Source of the DNA: Trueperaceae bacterium | GTDB taxonomy: Bacteria; Deinococcota; Deinococci; Deinococcales; Trueperaceae | Reading direction: 5' to 3' | NCBI GenBank assembly: GCA_965213705.1 | Contig: OZ243913.1 | Location: 320,001 to 384,000 of the forward strand | Length of the DNA: 64,000 bases | In this document: positions 22,597-31,779 of the stretch, piece after piece | Position numbering within the stretch: the stretch's first letter is position 1 | Layout: each line of letters starts with the position of its first letter | Notes under the pieces: generated by a model | Told to the model about the DNA's origin: nothing | What the model saw: the letters and a program-made list of their open reading frames with translations, nothing else | The model's database searches: none | Translations under genes and position numbers: made by a program

Positions 22597-23351
22597 GCGG
22601 GGAGAGTTCAAAAACCAAAAAAGCGCTCGTCACGGGTGCCAGCAAGGGCATCGGGCGAGCCATCGCCGTAGCGTTGGCGAAAAACGACATAGACGTGGCG
22701 ATTGTCGCCCGGAGCAGGTCGGAGTTACAGACGTTGGAAAACGACATTCGGGCCTCGGGGCGCGACTGCCTGAGGCTCGAGGCCGACCTCTCTCACCACA
22801 GCGAGGTCGTGGGCGTCGCCGAGCGCGCCCTTGCCACCTGGCCCACTATCGACATCCTCGTCAACAACGCCGGGGTCAGCCACCCTGAAAGCGCGCTCGA
22901 GACGCGAGAGGCGAGCTGGGACCACACCTTTGCAGTGAATGCCAAAGCGCTCTTTTTCCTGTCGCAAGCCCTAGTAAAGCCGATGCTCGAGCAGCGCTGG
23001 GGCCGCATCGTCAATATCTCGTCACAGGCCGGACTCGTCGCGCTCGAAGACCACGCGGCTTACTGCGCCAGCAAGGGCGCGGTCGAAATGGTGAGCAAGG
23101 TGCTGGCGCTCGAGTGGGCACCCCACGGGGTTACCGTCAACTGCATCGCCCCCACCGTGGTCAACACGCCGATGGCCGAAATGGCTTTCCCCACGCCGGA
23201 GGCCAAACAAAAGATGCTCAGCCGCATCCCGGTCGGGCGCTTCGGTGAAACCGACGAGGTGGCAGCAACTGTGTTGTTCCTCGTTTCCAGCGGCGCGGCA
23301 ATGATTACGGGCGACACGATTAAGCTCGACGGGGGTTGGACGGTACAGTAA
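22593..23351 (+). CDS. Short-chain dehydrogenase/reductase
   Basis: TGASKGIG, NNAG, YCASK; GTG start overlaps the upstream TGA. Confidence 0.92.
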   Translation: MSGESSKTKKALVTGASKGIGRAIAVALAKNDIDVAIVARSRSELQTLENDIRASGRDCLRLEADLSHHSEVVGVAERALATWPTIDILVNNAGVSHPESALETREASWDHTFAVNAKALFFLSQALVKPMLEQRWGRIVNISSQAGLVALEDHAAYCASKGAVEMVSKVLALEWAPHGVTVNCIAPTVVNTPMAEMAFPTPEAKQKMLSRIPVGRFGETDEVAATVLFLVSSGAAMITGDTIKLDGGWTVQ

Positions 23352-23440
23352 GAAATTTTCTCACCTGAAAACATTCAAACACACCTTGGTCGGCTTCGCA
23401 TTCGTGCCTGTACAAACCTCGAGCCGACTTCCAACAACCC

Positions 23441-23481
23441 ACCCGGTACTTTTCACTCGGTACTTTGACTCGGTACTTTCC
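23441..23481. repeat. Intergenic 7-bp repeat (ACTCGGT/ACTTTTC)
   Basis: acccggtacttttcactcggtactttgactcggtactttc. Confidence 0.7.
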
Positions 23482-23501
23482 CGTAAAATGCTGACACGCC
23501 C

Positions 23502-24788
23502 ATGCCCAAACTCTACCGCGCCCAGATTTTCCACACGCCCCGCAACCCGTTTCGGGACGAGGGCGCGCTCGAGCACTACGCCGACGGCGCGCTCGTCGTC
23601 GACGAAGACAAAATAGTGGCGGTCGGAGCTTACAGCGACCTCGCCCCGAAGTATCCCGACGCCGAGACGCTGGACCACCGGGACGCGTTCTTGTTTCCGG
23701 GTTTTATCGACACCCACGTCCACTACCCGCAAATCCCGGTCATCGGCGCGATGGGCTTGCGGCTCTTGGAGTGGCTGGAAACCCGCACCCTGCCCGAAGA
23801 GGCTCGCTTCGCCGACGCTGAATACGCTAGAAGTCAAGCTCAAATTTTCTTGCGGCAGCTCGCCCTGAACGGAACTACCACCGCACTCGTTTTCGGCGCA
23901 CATTTCAAAGAGGCGATGGACGTTTTTTTCGAGGCCGCCGACAGAAGCGGTTTACGCGTCACCTCGGGCCTCGTCCTCGGTGACCGGAACTTGTTGGCCG
24001 CGCTCCACACGACACCTGACAGGGCGTACCGCGAAAGTCGCAACCTCATCGACACCTGGCACAATCAAGGGCGGCTGCGTTACGCGGTCACGCCGCGCTT
24101 TTCGATTGCTGCGAGCGACGCGCTGCTGGCGGTATGTGGCCGCTTGTTGGAAGAAACGCCCGACCTCTTTTTTACGACCCACCTCAACGAACAAACCGAA
24201 GAGGTCAGCGCGGTGCTCAGGCTGTTCGAAGGCGCGCGGGACTACCTGGAAACCTACGAACACCACGGCCTCGTCACCCCGCGCTCGGTGTTCGCGCACA
24301 ACGTCCATGTGTACGACCGCGAGTTGGCGCGGCTGGGCGAGGTGGGTGCGAGCGTGGCCCACTGCCCGAGCAGCAACATGTTTATCGGCTCGGGCCTGTT
24401 CTCGCTGCGGCGACACCTGCGCTACGGCGTGAGCTTCGCCCTCGGCTCGGACGTGGGCGGCGGCACCGGCTTCAGCTTGTTCAAAGAAGGTTTGATGGCC
24501 TACCAGGTGCAGATGCTGTTTGATGACGGCTACCCGCTTACCTCGGCGCACCTGCTTTACTTGGCGACGCGGGCCGGGGCGAGGGCCCTGCGCTTAGACG
24601 ACGAGGTAGGCGACCTGACAAGGGGCAAACAGGCGGACTTTATCCTGGTAAAGCCCCCGCCGGGCAGCACGCTCGAGGTTACCTTGAAAAGCAGCCCCAC
24701 GCCCGAAGCCACGCTCGCCTCGGTGTTTACGCTGGCTCGAGAAGACTGTATCCGCGACGTGTTCGTCGGCGGGCGAACGGTTTTGTAG
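23502..24788 (+). CDS. guaD: Guanine deaminase
   Basis: PGFIDTHVHYPQ, YAVTPRF, THLNE, HCPSSN, GSDVGGGT. Confidence 0.93.
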   Translation: MPKLYRAQIFHTPRNPFRDEGALEHYADGALVVDEDKIVAVGAYSDLAPKYPDAETLDHRDAFLFPGFIDTHVHYPQIPVIGAMGLRLLEWLETRTLPEEARFADAEYARSQAQIFLRQLALNGTTTALVFGAHFKEAMDVFFEAADRSGLRVTSGLVLGDRNLLAALHTTPDRAYRESRNLIDTWHNQGRLRYAVTPRFSIAASDALLAVCGRLLEETPDLFFTTHLNEQTEEVSAVLRLFEGARDYLETYEHHGLVTPRSVFAHNVHVYDRELARLGEVGASVAHCPSSNMFIGSGLFSLRRHLRYGVSFALGSDVGGGTGFSLFKEGLMAYQVQMLFDDGYPLTSAHLLYLATRAGARALRLDDEVGDLTRGKQADFILVKPPPGSTLEVTLKSSPTPEATLASVFTLAREDCIRDVFVGGRTVL

Positions 24789-24861
24789 GGTTTATCGAGG
24801 ACCCAGGTTTGTTAAGCTCTAGCAGGTGCGCCTGACCTACAGGGGCGCGCCCAGGAGACCC

Positions 24862-25671
24862 ATGCTGCTTCACCTCATTGCCGACTTCGGCCCGAACGAC
24901 CTCGCCTTTGCCGAAGTCGCGCAACGCCTCAAACTGCACTTGCCCGAGGCCGAAACAGTGCTCACCACCGTCCCGCCGTTTGCGACGCTGGCGGCGGGTT
25001 TGTGCGCGGCGCAACTCGGTCTGAACGACGCGCCGCCCGGCACGCTTTTGTTTCACAACGTCGCGCCGCGCCGCGACGACCGGGCGGCCAGAACCGACAA
25101 CGACGGCGAACGCCTCGCCTACGCGCGGCTGCCGAACGGCGTGCAGGTCGTCGGGGTCAACGCCGGTTACGCGTTTTCGTTTTTGAAAGACGTTGCTTTT
25201 GGGGACGGCGTGACCGAGCTGCGCTTCGTCAACGCGCCCTCGGCGGGCTCACAGTTCCGCTCGCGCGACCTGTTTCCGCAAGCGTTCGCGGCGGTTGTTC
25301 GAGGCGAGGACGGCGCGCTGGCCGAGGCTGTGCAGCCCCAGCAGGTGCCGGACGTGCCCGACAACCGCCTCGCCTACATCGACGGCTTCGGCAACCTCAA
25401 AACGACCTGCCGCTTCGGAGAGCGCTCGCCCGGGACCCGTCTTCAAATTACCCTGAACGGGGTCGAACGTCACGCCGTCTGCACGGACGGCAGTTTTTCC
25501 GTTCCGCAAGGAGAGCTGGCCTTTTCAAAAGGCAGCAGCGGTTGGGCGACCTCGCGGGGCGAGGTGCGTTTTATGGAGCTGTTTTTGCGCGGCGGCAGCG
25601 CTTGGGAAACGTTCGGGCGACCCGCGGTCGGCGACAAGTTGCAGGTTGCGAACGAGCCTCGCAGCGCGTAA
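24862..25671 (+). CDS. SAM hydroxide adenosyltransferase / SAM-dependent halogenase-like protein (DUF62)
   Basis: LIADFG, FRSRDLF, YIDGFGNLKT motifs; AGGAG RBS. Confidence 0.75.
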   Translation: MLLHLIADFGPNDLAFAEVAQRLKLHLPEAETVLTTVPPFATLAAGLCAAQLGLNDAPPGTLLFHNVAPRRDDRAARTDNDGERLAYARLPNGVQVVGVNAGYAFSFLKDVAFGDGVTELRFVNAPSAGSQFRSRDLFPQAFAAVVRGEDGALAEAVQPQQVPDVPDNRLAYIDGFGNLKTTCRFGERSPGTRLQITLNGVERHAVCTDGSFSVPQGELAFSKGSSGWATSRGEVRFMELFLRGGSAWETFGRPAVGDKLQVANEPRSA

Positions 25672-25714
25672 AGGTTTACGGAAACTCTGAGGTGTCGAAA
25701 GTCGACCGCGGCTG

Positions 25715-26282
25715 TTACACCGAGTCAAGTATCTTGCCGAGGAGTACGCGCGCTCTCTCGGCCACCTCTTCCGGCGCTCGGAACAAGGCCATGACCGTGG
25801 CCCCGTCGAGCACGAGCAGGAGTTCGTGCGACACGCTTTCGGGCTGGCCGAGCCCGGCGTCACGTGCCAAACCTTCAAAGTAGCTCCTGACCGCCTCTTT
25901 TTGCCGCCACGTCACCTCTCTGACGTCGGCCGCGTCGCGGCCGAGTTCGACGACGGCGTTCAAAAAAGAGCAGCCCCGGTAAGCGTCGCCCTGCGGCCAC
26001 CCAAGGCACATTTCCAGCGCCCTGACAAGACGTGCCTTCGGGTCGTCGCTGTGGGCTTCGGCGCTGCGCAACCACTCGAGCCTCTTTTTCAACCTTTGCT
26101 CCAGCACGGCGCGGGAGGTCGGTCTTCGAGCCGAAGTTGTAGTAGAGCGTGCCGCGCGACACGCCCACGTGTTCGAAAATCTCGTCGATACCCACGTTGG
26201 TAAAACCGCGTTCGCAAAGAAGGTCGGAGGCGGCCGCGACGAGCCGGTCTCGAGCTTTTGAGGAAGCAGGAACGTTTGACAC
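25715..26282 (-). pseudogene. TetR family regulator (NemR-like), frameshifted
   Basis: HTH ...GVSRGTLYYNFGSKTDL and C-terminal RAVLE...YRGCSFLNAVVE lie in different frames, break at about 26114. Confidence 0.8.
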
Positions 26283-26291
26283 CTCGTTACA

Positions 26292-26334
26292 TAGACTAAG
26301 CTGTCTAAAGATGTTTTAGACAAGCTTGTCTAAA
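26292..26334. promoter_or_regulatory. Tandem TAGAC-N6-GTCTA operators
   Basis: TAGACtaagctGTCTA (26292-26307) and the perfect palindrome TTTAGACAAGCTTGTCTAAA (26315-26334) between divergent tetR and ahpD-like genes. Confidence 0.8.
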
Positions 26335-26381
26335 TCAAAAAGCCAGCTCGGAGTGAAGGATTGACGAAGAAAGGAATTACG

Positions 26382-26909
26382 ATGGGGCACTTGCCCGGTT
26401 TTGAGAACGCTACCCTGCTAGACGTTTACAAGCGCTACCCGCCGCTGGCAAAACACGTGCTCGGCTTGGCCGAAACGGCCTTCACGCTGACGAGTGAGGT
26501 CACTCGGGCCGAGGGTGAGCTGCTGGGCGTGTTCGTGTCCGGGCTCAACGGCTGTGACTACTGCCGCGGCGTCCACGGTTCGGCGGCAACCGCCTGCGGC
26601 CTTACGCCCCCCAAAGCAAACGAACCCGCGTACGGCGGCGCGCGCTGGCAACCTGTGTTCGACTACGTCCGCACGCTCACGCTGGCACCGGGCAGCGTTA
26701 CGCCGGAACACGTCTCAGCACTTTTGAAGCAGGGTTGGTCCGAGGTCGCCGTAACGCAGTTCGCCCTGCTGACCTGCACCTTCAACACGCTGAACCGCTT
26801 GGTGGACGGCCTGGGTTTGAGCGCGACGGAGGACTTTTTCACCGCGGCGGGCGCGCGTTTGGCGGACGTTGGCTACGCGGGCACCGCCGAGTTGTTGGGG
26901 GTGGGCTGA
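26382..26909 (+). CDS. AhpD/carboxymuconolactone decarboxylase family peroxidase-related protein
   Basis: ELLGVFVSGLNGCDYCRGVH CxxC motif, FNTLNRLVDGLG. Confidence 0.85.
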   Translation: MGHLPGFENATLLDVYKRYPPLAKHVLGLAETAFTLTSEVTRAEGELLGVFVSGLNGCDYCRGVHGSAATACGLTPPKANEPAYGGARWQPVFDYVRTLTLAPGSVTPEHVSALLKQGWSEVAVTQFALLTCTFNTLNRLVDGLGLSATEDFFTAAGARLADVGYAGTAELLGVG

Positions 26910-26939
26910 CGGGGCTCGAGCGCTCGAGCCCCGTCAGCC
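26904..26939. other. Perfect 36-bp palindrome containing two CTCGAG sites
   Basis: GGCTGACGGGGCTCGAGC/GCTCGAGCCCCGTCAGCC overlapping the stop codon. Confidence 0.8.
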
Positions 26940-26946
26940 TGTGCGC

Positions 26947-27134
26947 CGCCCTCGTGGTGACGCTCGGCATGAGCGTCAGACAGGCGTTCAGGATTTTTCT
27001 CGTCCCGGCGACTTTCTCATCCCGGTGACAGACAAGTTTGGACGTGAGCCGTCAGGCTTTCGGCCTGGCGGTCGCGCTGCAAAGCCTCGGGTGGCGTTTG
27101 GGTAACGGTTGTCGTAGAGAGGGGCTCGAGGGCG
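26947..27134 (+). ncRNA. Candidate structured non-coding RNA (family not identified)
   Basis: Nested complementary segments with several G-U pairs, folded by eye. Confidence 0.3.
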
Positions 27135-27171
27135 CTTCATTTGATGACAGTCAATGAACCGACGGGCGGTG

Positions 27172-27591
27172 TCAAACTGCCTTTGCAACCGCCTCGACCA
27201 GCTTGGTCAACGAACTGCGCGCGGCGAACTCGGCTGGGATGAGCCAAGCGTAATCATCGTGTTCGCCACTCATGACGACTTCGCCCGACACGTAGCGCGC
27301 CCGGTAAACGACGACGACCATCGGTAAACTTTTTCGTTCGGCTGTGTAGACGGTGAGGGGCCGCGGCTCGACAGCGACCTCTAAACCGCACTCCTCGAAA
27401 ATCTCTCGCTTCACCGCCGCCAGCGGGTCTTCGCCCGCGTCCAAACGGCCCGAAAGCGTTTCCCACAAGCCGGGTCCGGCGTCTTTGTCGGCAGCGCGGC
27501 GCATGGCGAGCACTTTACCGTTCCGAACAACCACGGCGGTGACCGCCACGACGAACAGCTGCGTGCCATCCGACTGCTCGACCCCGCTCAA
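27172..27591 (-). CDS. NUDIX hydrolase
   Basis: GRLDAGEDPLAAVKREIFEECGL Nudix box. Confidence 0.9.
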   Translation of the reverse strand: MSGVEQSDGTQLFVVAVTAVVVRNGKVLAMRRAADKDAGPGLWETLSGRLDAGEDPLAAVKREIFEECGLEVAVEPRPLTVYTAERKSLPMVVVVYRARYVSGEVVMSGEHDDYAWLIPAEFAARSSLTKLVEAVAKAV

Positions 27592-27601
27592 ACCGGCTCG
27601 C

Positions 27602-28459
27602 TCAAACCTGCGGCTTCGTGTGCATGTACATCCCGAAGGTGCCCGGCCCCACGTGGGTGGCGATGACCGCGCCGATTTCGTAGACGCCGCCGTCCTCGAA
27701 CACGACGCCCGCGTCTTGCACGGCGCGCTGCAGCGTTTTAGCCGCCTCTACGTCCTGGATGTGTAAGAAGCTGATTTTGAGGGGGCCGCTGTGCTTCTGA
27801 GCGTAGCTGACCGTTTGGTCGACGAGTTCTTTGATAGCCTTTTTCGTACCGCGCACCCGACCCGCCGGCTCGACCTTGCCGCCTTTCACGGTGAGCAGCG
27901 GTTTGATGTTGAGGAGGCTGCCGAGCAGCGCCTGCGCCCCGCCGATGCGGCCATTTTTTTGTAAAAAGTCCAAAGTGGCGACGGTAAACAAGATAAAGTT
28001 GGTGTCGCGGATGTGCTCGAGCGCCTGCATAATCTTGTTCATGCTCGCGCCCTCGTCGCGCAGCCGCGCCGCCGCTTTGACCATGTCGCCCAAGCCGATG
28101 CTCGCCGCGCGGCTGTCGAAGACGGTGACCGGCACGTCGACCTCCGCTTTCGCCAGGTTCGCCGACTGCACGGTGCCGGACAGCTCGCCGCTGATGGTCA
28201 GGCACAAAACCTGCTCGGCCCCTCGCGCCGCCGCGGCCTGAAAAGCGTTCTCAAAGTCTTGCGGGCTCGGCTGACTCGTCGAGGGCAGCGCCGCCCCCTC
28301 GGAAACGCCCTTGACGATGGCGGCGGGACTGATTTCGACCCAGTCCTTGAACACCTCGCCCTTAAAGTTGACGTAGAGCGGCACGCGTTGCACGTTCAGG
28401 GCGGCGAGTTCGGCTTCTTTTAGGTCACAGGTCGAATCGGTGATGATGGCAAGGTTCAT
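27602..28459 (-). CDS. DegV family fatty acid-binding protein
   Basis: IITDSTCDL, PSTSQPSP, LSGT, GRIG, HVGPG. Confidence 0.95.
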   Translation of the reverse strand: MNLAIITDSTCDLKEAELAALNVQRVPLYVNFKGEVFKDWVEISPAAIVKGVSEGAALPSTSQPSPQDFENAFQAAAARGAEQVLCLTISGELSGTVQSANLAKAEVDVPVTVFDSRAASIGLGDMVKAAARLRDEGASMNKIMQALEHIRDTNFILFTVATLDFLQKNGRIGGAQALLGSLLNIKPLLTVKGGKVEPAGRVRGTKKAIKELVDQTVSYAQKHSGPLKISFLHIQDVEAAKTLQRAVQDAGVVFEDGGVYEIGAVIATHVGPGTFGMYMHTKPQV

Positions 28460-28619
28460 AAGCCTCCTTTGTCGGTAACGGCAAGGCGTGGGCTAAAAAC
28501 GTTCACAAACGCCCCTCAACCTCTTACGCAGGTGTCGTTACCGAGTATACGTGAGAAAACGCCGCAACAAAAGAACCGGACACAAGAAATGGCACAAGCT
28601 CGAGGGACATTTTCGCGTT

Positions 28620-29429
28620 ATGGTTGAGTTTATGTTGACACCCACCGACACCCTTTGGGCGCTGCTCACGCCGGGCAACCTCGTCGTGCTCCTTTTCTTG
28701 GCGGGCTTTGCGGCGCTGAGCTTGCGCTGGCACGCGTTCGGGCGGCGGCTCGTCGGCTTCGCCCTGCTGCTGGCGCTGCTGCCCGCGCTGCTGCCTGTCA
28801 CCGACCTGCTGGCGCAACCGCTCGAGACCCGCGTGTTCGTGCCGAACCCGCTGCCGGAGCGCGTCGACGGTATCGTCGTGCTGGGCGGCTCGGTCGACTG
28901 GCGGACGAGCCAAGCCTGGGGACAACTCAACACCAACAGCGCGGGCGAGCGCATGATGGCCGGGGCCGCCCTCGCCGAACGCTACCCCGACGCCAGGTTT
29001 ATCCTGACCGGGTTAGTCAGCAGGTACATACCCGAGGAGTTTCAAGCCTTGGGGACGGCCAAGACTTTCTTTGCCAGCCCCGCTTTCGAGGGACGTAAAA
29101 TTCACTACCTGTACCAGGCGCGCAGCACCTACGAAGAAGCGCTTTTGAGCTTGCAGCGCGCGCAACCCCAGCGGGGCGAAACCTGGCTGCTGGTGACGAG
29201 CGCCTGGCACATGCCGCGGGCGCTGGAAACGTTCAAGGCACAGGGTTGGACCCTTGTCCCTTATCCGGTCGACTACCAGAGTAAAGGCCGCGTCGTCTTC
29301 GACCCTTCGCTGGACGTCATAGGACGTCTGGAAGACCTGAACAAAATCGCGCGCGAGTGGGGGGCGCTGTTTGTGTACCGGGCACTGGGGCGTACCCAGG
29401 AATTGTTACCCGAGCGGTTCGGGTCGTAG
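28620..29429 (+). CDS. YdcF/DUF218 family protein
   Basis: GIVVLGG, ARSTYEEA, LLVTSAWHMPRA, PYPVDY; start uncertain (28620 or 28632). Confidence 0.88.
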   Translation: MVEFMLTPTDTLWALLTPGNLVVLLFLAGFAALSLRWHAFGRRLVGFALLLALLPALLPVTDLLAQPLETRVFVPNPLPERVDGIVVLGGSVDWRTSQAWGQLNTNSAGERMMAGAALAERYPDARFILTGLVSRYIPEEFQALGTAKTFFASPAFEGRKIHYLYQARSTYEEALLSLQRAQPQRGETWLLVTSAWHMPRALETFKAQGWTLVPYPVDYQSKGRVVFDPSLDVIGRLEDLNKIAREWGALFVYRALGRTQELLPERFGS

Positions 29430-29432
29430 CGA

Positions 29433-29493
29433 AAAGCCAGTAGTTCGTAGCCAGTAGCCTGTGGATTTTCCTACAAGCCACTTGCCACAAGCT
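29433..29493. repeat. Intergenic degenerate 7-bp repeats in an inverted arrangement
   Basis: gccagta gttcgta gccagta gcctgtg ... ctacaag ccacttg ccacaag between convergent genes. Confidence 0.5.
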
Positions 29494-29515
29494 TCACCGT
29501 GCTTAAACGCAAACT

Positions 29516-30760
29516 TTAAGTTACTTTGCTCGCCTCTTCGCTTCCCTCTTTGTACGCGCCCGTGTCCAGCAAGTCCCGCAGTGTTTTTACCGTCGTCTCG
29601 AGTTCCGCTTCGGTGTTGTAGAGCGCGACGGGGGCGAGGCGGAGTAGGTCGGGTTGGCGGTAGTCGGGGACAATATCGCGTTCGCGCAGGGCGAGGCTTA
29701 AACTTTTGGCGTGCGCGTGCTCGAGAACCACGTGGCCGCCACGTTCCTCCGGGTCGCGCGGCGTCCGCACCGGCATCTCGGGCAAGTGTTCGTCGGCCAG
29801 GGCGATGAGGTGTTCGGTCAGTTCCAGTGAGCGCGCCCGCACCTCTTGAATGGTGACCTCTTCGAAGATGGCTAACGCGCCCTCGAGGCCCGCCAAGGCC
29901 AAAATGCTCGGCGTGCTGATCTGGTACGCGCCCGCGCCCGCAGCGGGGGTAAAGTCTTGACTCATGTCGAACTGCGTCGTCTTGTCGTGGCCCCACCAGC
30001 CCGGCAAGCCCGGCGTCTTGTCGAAGTGCCGCTCGTGGACGAACAAACCGCCCGGCGCGCCGGGGCCGGCGTTCAGGTACTTGTAGGTACACCAGACCGC
30101 AAAGTCGACCCCGTCCTCGTGAAACGCGTGCGGCAGCGCGCCGACGGAGTGCGCCGCGTCCCAGCCAATCGTCACGCCGCGCTCGTGCGCCTGCCGGGTG
30201 ATGGTGGCGACGTCCAGGAGTTGCCCGCTCCGGTACAGCACCGTCGGCAGCACGGCCAGCGTCACGCCGCCGCCGAGCGCGTCCCAGACGTCGTCGGGGT
30301 GCAAGGTATGGCCGTCGCGCGACCCTATGAGTTTCAGGTCGCCGCCGTAGCGCTCGGTCCAGGCTTTAAGAGCGTACAAGTCGCTCGGAAAGTCGAGGGC
30401 GGTCGCCAGGATGTTCCTGCGCACGCCTTCGGGCTGGTAAAAGGTGGCGAGGAGCGCGTGCAGGTTCGTCGTGATGCTGCCGGTCGTAATGACCTCGCTC
30501 GGCTGCGCCCCGACGAGCTTGCCGAGGGCGGGCGACAGCCGCTCGGCGAGTTCGAACCACTCGTCCCAGGCGTTCACCGCCTTGTACTGCCACTGCTTCA
30601 AACGGCGTTCAATGGCTGCCTGCGCGGCGTAGCTCAAGGGGCCGAGCGAGTTGCCGTCTAAATAGATGCCTTTGGGCAGGATGAAAGCGTCACGTTTCAA
30701 CGTGAAACCACGAGTAAACGATTCGGCGAGGGTTGCAAAGACCTTGTCATTGCCCGCCAT
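29516..30760 (-). CDS. kynU: Kynureninase
   Basis: YLDGNSLG, FPSDLY, WDAAHSVG, WCTYKYLNAGPG, GWWGH. Confidence 0.95.
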   Translation of the reverse strand: MAGNDKVFATLAESFTRGFTLKRDAFILPKGIYLDGNSLGPLSYAAQAAIERRLKQWQYKAVNAWDEWFELAERLSPALGKLVGAQPSEVITTGSITTNLHALLATFYQPEGVRRNILATALDFPSDLYALKAWTERYGGDLKLIGSRDGHTLHPDDVWDALGGGVTLAVLPTVLYRSGQLLDVATITRQAHERGVTIGWDAAHSVGALPHAFHEDGVDFAVWCTYKYLNAGPGAPGGLFVHERHFDKTPGLPGWWGHDKTTQFDMSQDFTPAAGAGAYQISTPSILALAGLEGALAIFEEVTIQEVRARSLELTEHLIALADEHLPEMPVRTPRDPEERGGHVVLEHAHAKSLSLALRERDIVPDYRQPDLLRLAPVALYNTEAELETTVKTLRDLLDTGAYKEGSEEASKVT

Positions 30761-30972
30761 AATACCTCAGACAAAGTCTCGAGTCCTGGACCGAAAAAGG
30801 CCACGTCTTCCGCCTCTTACCCAAGACACGAAACCTCGAGAACTTCACTTCGTCCACTAGGCTGCAAACTTGTACAAAGCCTGCACTGCGACACTAAATC
30901 CCCCCTGACAAGGTGCTAGAATAAACCAAGAAATGCGGAACCTGTCAGGTTTTAGCCCCCTAGGAGGTTTGT

Positions 30973-31332
30973 ATGTACAGAGGTCGTGAAGGCCAGTGGG
31001 CCTTCGTGCTCCACCGCTTGTCGGGCGTGGCGTTGGCGCTTTATTTGTTTTTACACGTCATCGACATCAGCTTGGTGATGTACGGCCCCGAGGGTCCGTT
31101 CAACGCGTTTCTGGCGTTTTATCACCAGTGGCCGTTCCGCATCGGGCTGGTTTTGGTTATTGCCGGCGTCGTGTACCATGCGTTCAACGGTTTGCGCATC
31201 ATCTTGATGGACTTTACGTCCTGGGCGGTTAAGTTCCAGCGCGTGCTGTGGTATGGGGTCGTCGGCATCACGGCGATTATCGGCGTGCCGGTGCTGTGGA
31301 AAATCGTTCCTGAAATCTTCGGAGGAGCTTAA
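30973..31332 (+). CDS. sdhC: Succinate dehydrogenase cytochrome b subunit
   Basis: MYRGREGQW...LHRLSG, YHAFNGLRI; first gene of the sdh operon; AGGAGG RBS. Confidence 0.92.
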   Translation: MYRGREGQWAFVLHRLSGVALALYLFLHVIDISLVMYGPEGPFNAFLAFYHQWPFRIGLVLVIAGVVYHAFNGLRIILMDFTSWAVKFQRVLWYGVVGITAIIGVPVLWKIVPEIFGGA

Positions 31333-31757
31333 TGGCGGTCAAGGCTAAAAGCCTGAGTCAGGCGCGGGGCGTCTACGCGACCAACACCGAACTTGCCTGG
31401 TGGGTCTTTATGCGGGTATCGGGTTTGGCGCTCGTTTTCTTGGTGTTTGGGCACGTGTGGTTCAACAACATCAACATCAACGTCGCCGACGTCGACTACA
31501 ACTACGTCGCCATGCGCTTTTCCAAGGGTTGGGTCAAGGTTTACGACTCGTTCTTGCTCGGCTTCGCGCTGCTCCACGGCACCAACGGCCTGCGCTACAG
31601 CGTCGAGGACTACTTCCAGAACCCCAACCGGCGCTTTTGGGCCAAAACCGTGCTTTACAGCGTGGCGGGCGTCGTCTTCGTGCTCGGTGTGATGACGCTG
31701 TGGGCGTTCTCTTATACCGAAATGGGCGACGCGGTTCGCGCCCTCCCCCACAACTAG
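31332..31757 (+). CDS. sdhD: Succinate dehydrogenase membrane anchor
   Basis: WVFMRVSG, LHGTNGLR; operon position. Confidence 0.9.
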   Translation: MAVKAKSLSQARGVYATNTELAWWVFMRVSGLALVFLVFGHVWFNNININVADVDYNYVAMRFSKGWVKVYDSFLLGFALLHGTNGLRYSVEDYFQNPNRRFWAKTVLYSVAGVVFVLGVMTLWAFSYTEMGDAVRALPHN

Positions 31758-31779
31758 GTGAAAACCAGCGAGGTTTTAA

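Noticed and set aside
27045..27075. Group II intron domain V-like hairpin (GAGCCG...CGGT)
   Set aside because: It lacks the AC bulge and domain VI, and no reverse transcriptase is nearby.
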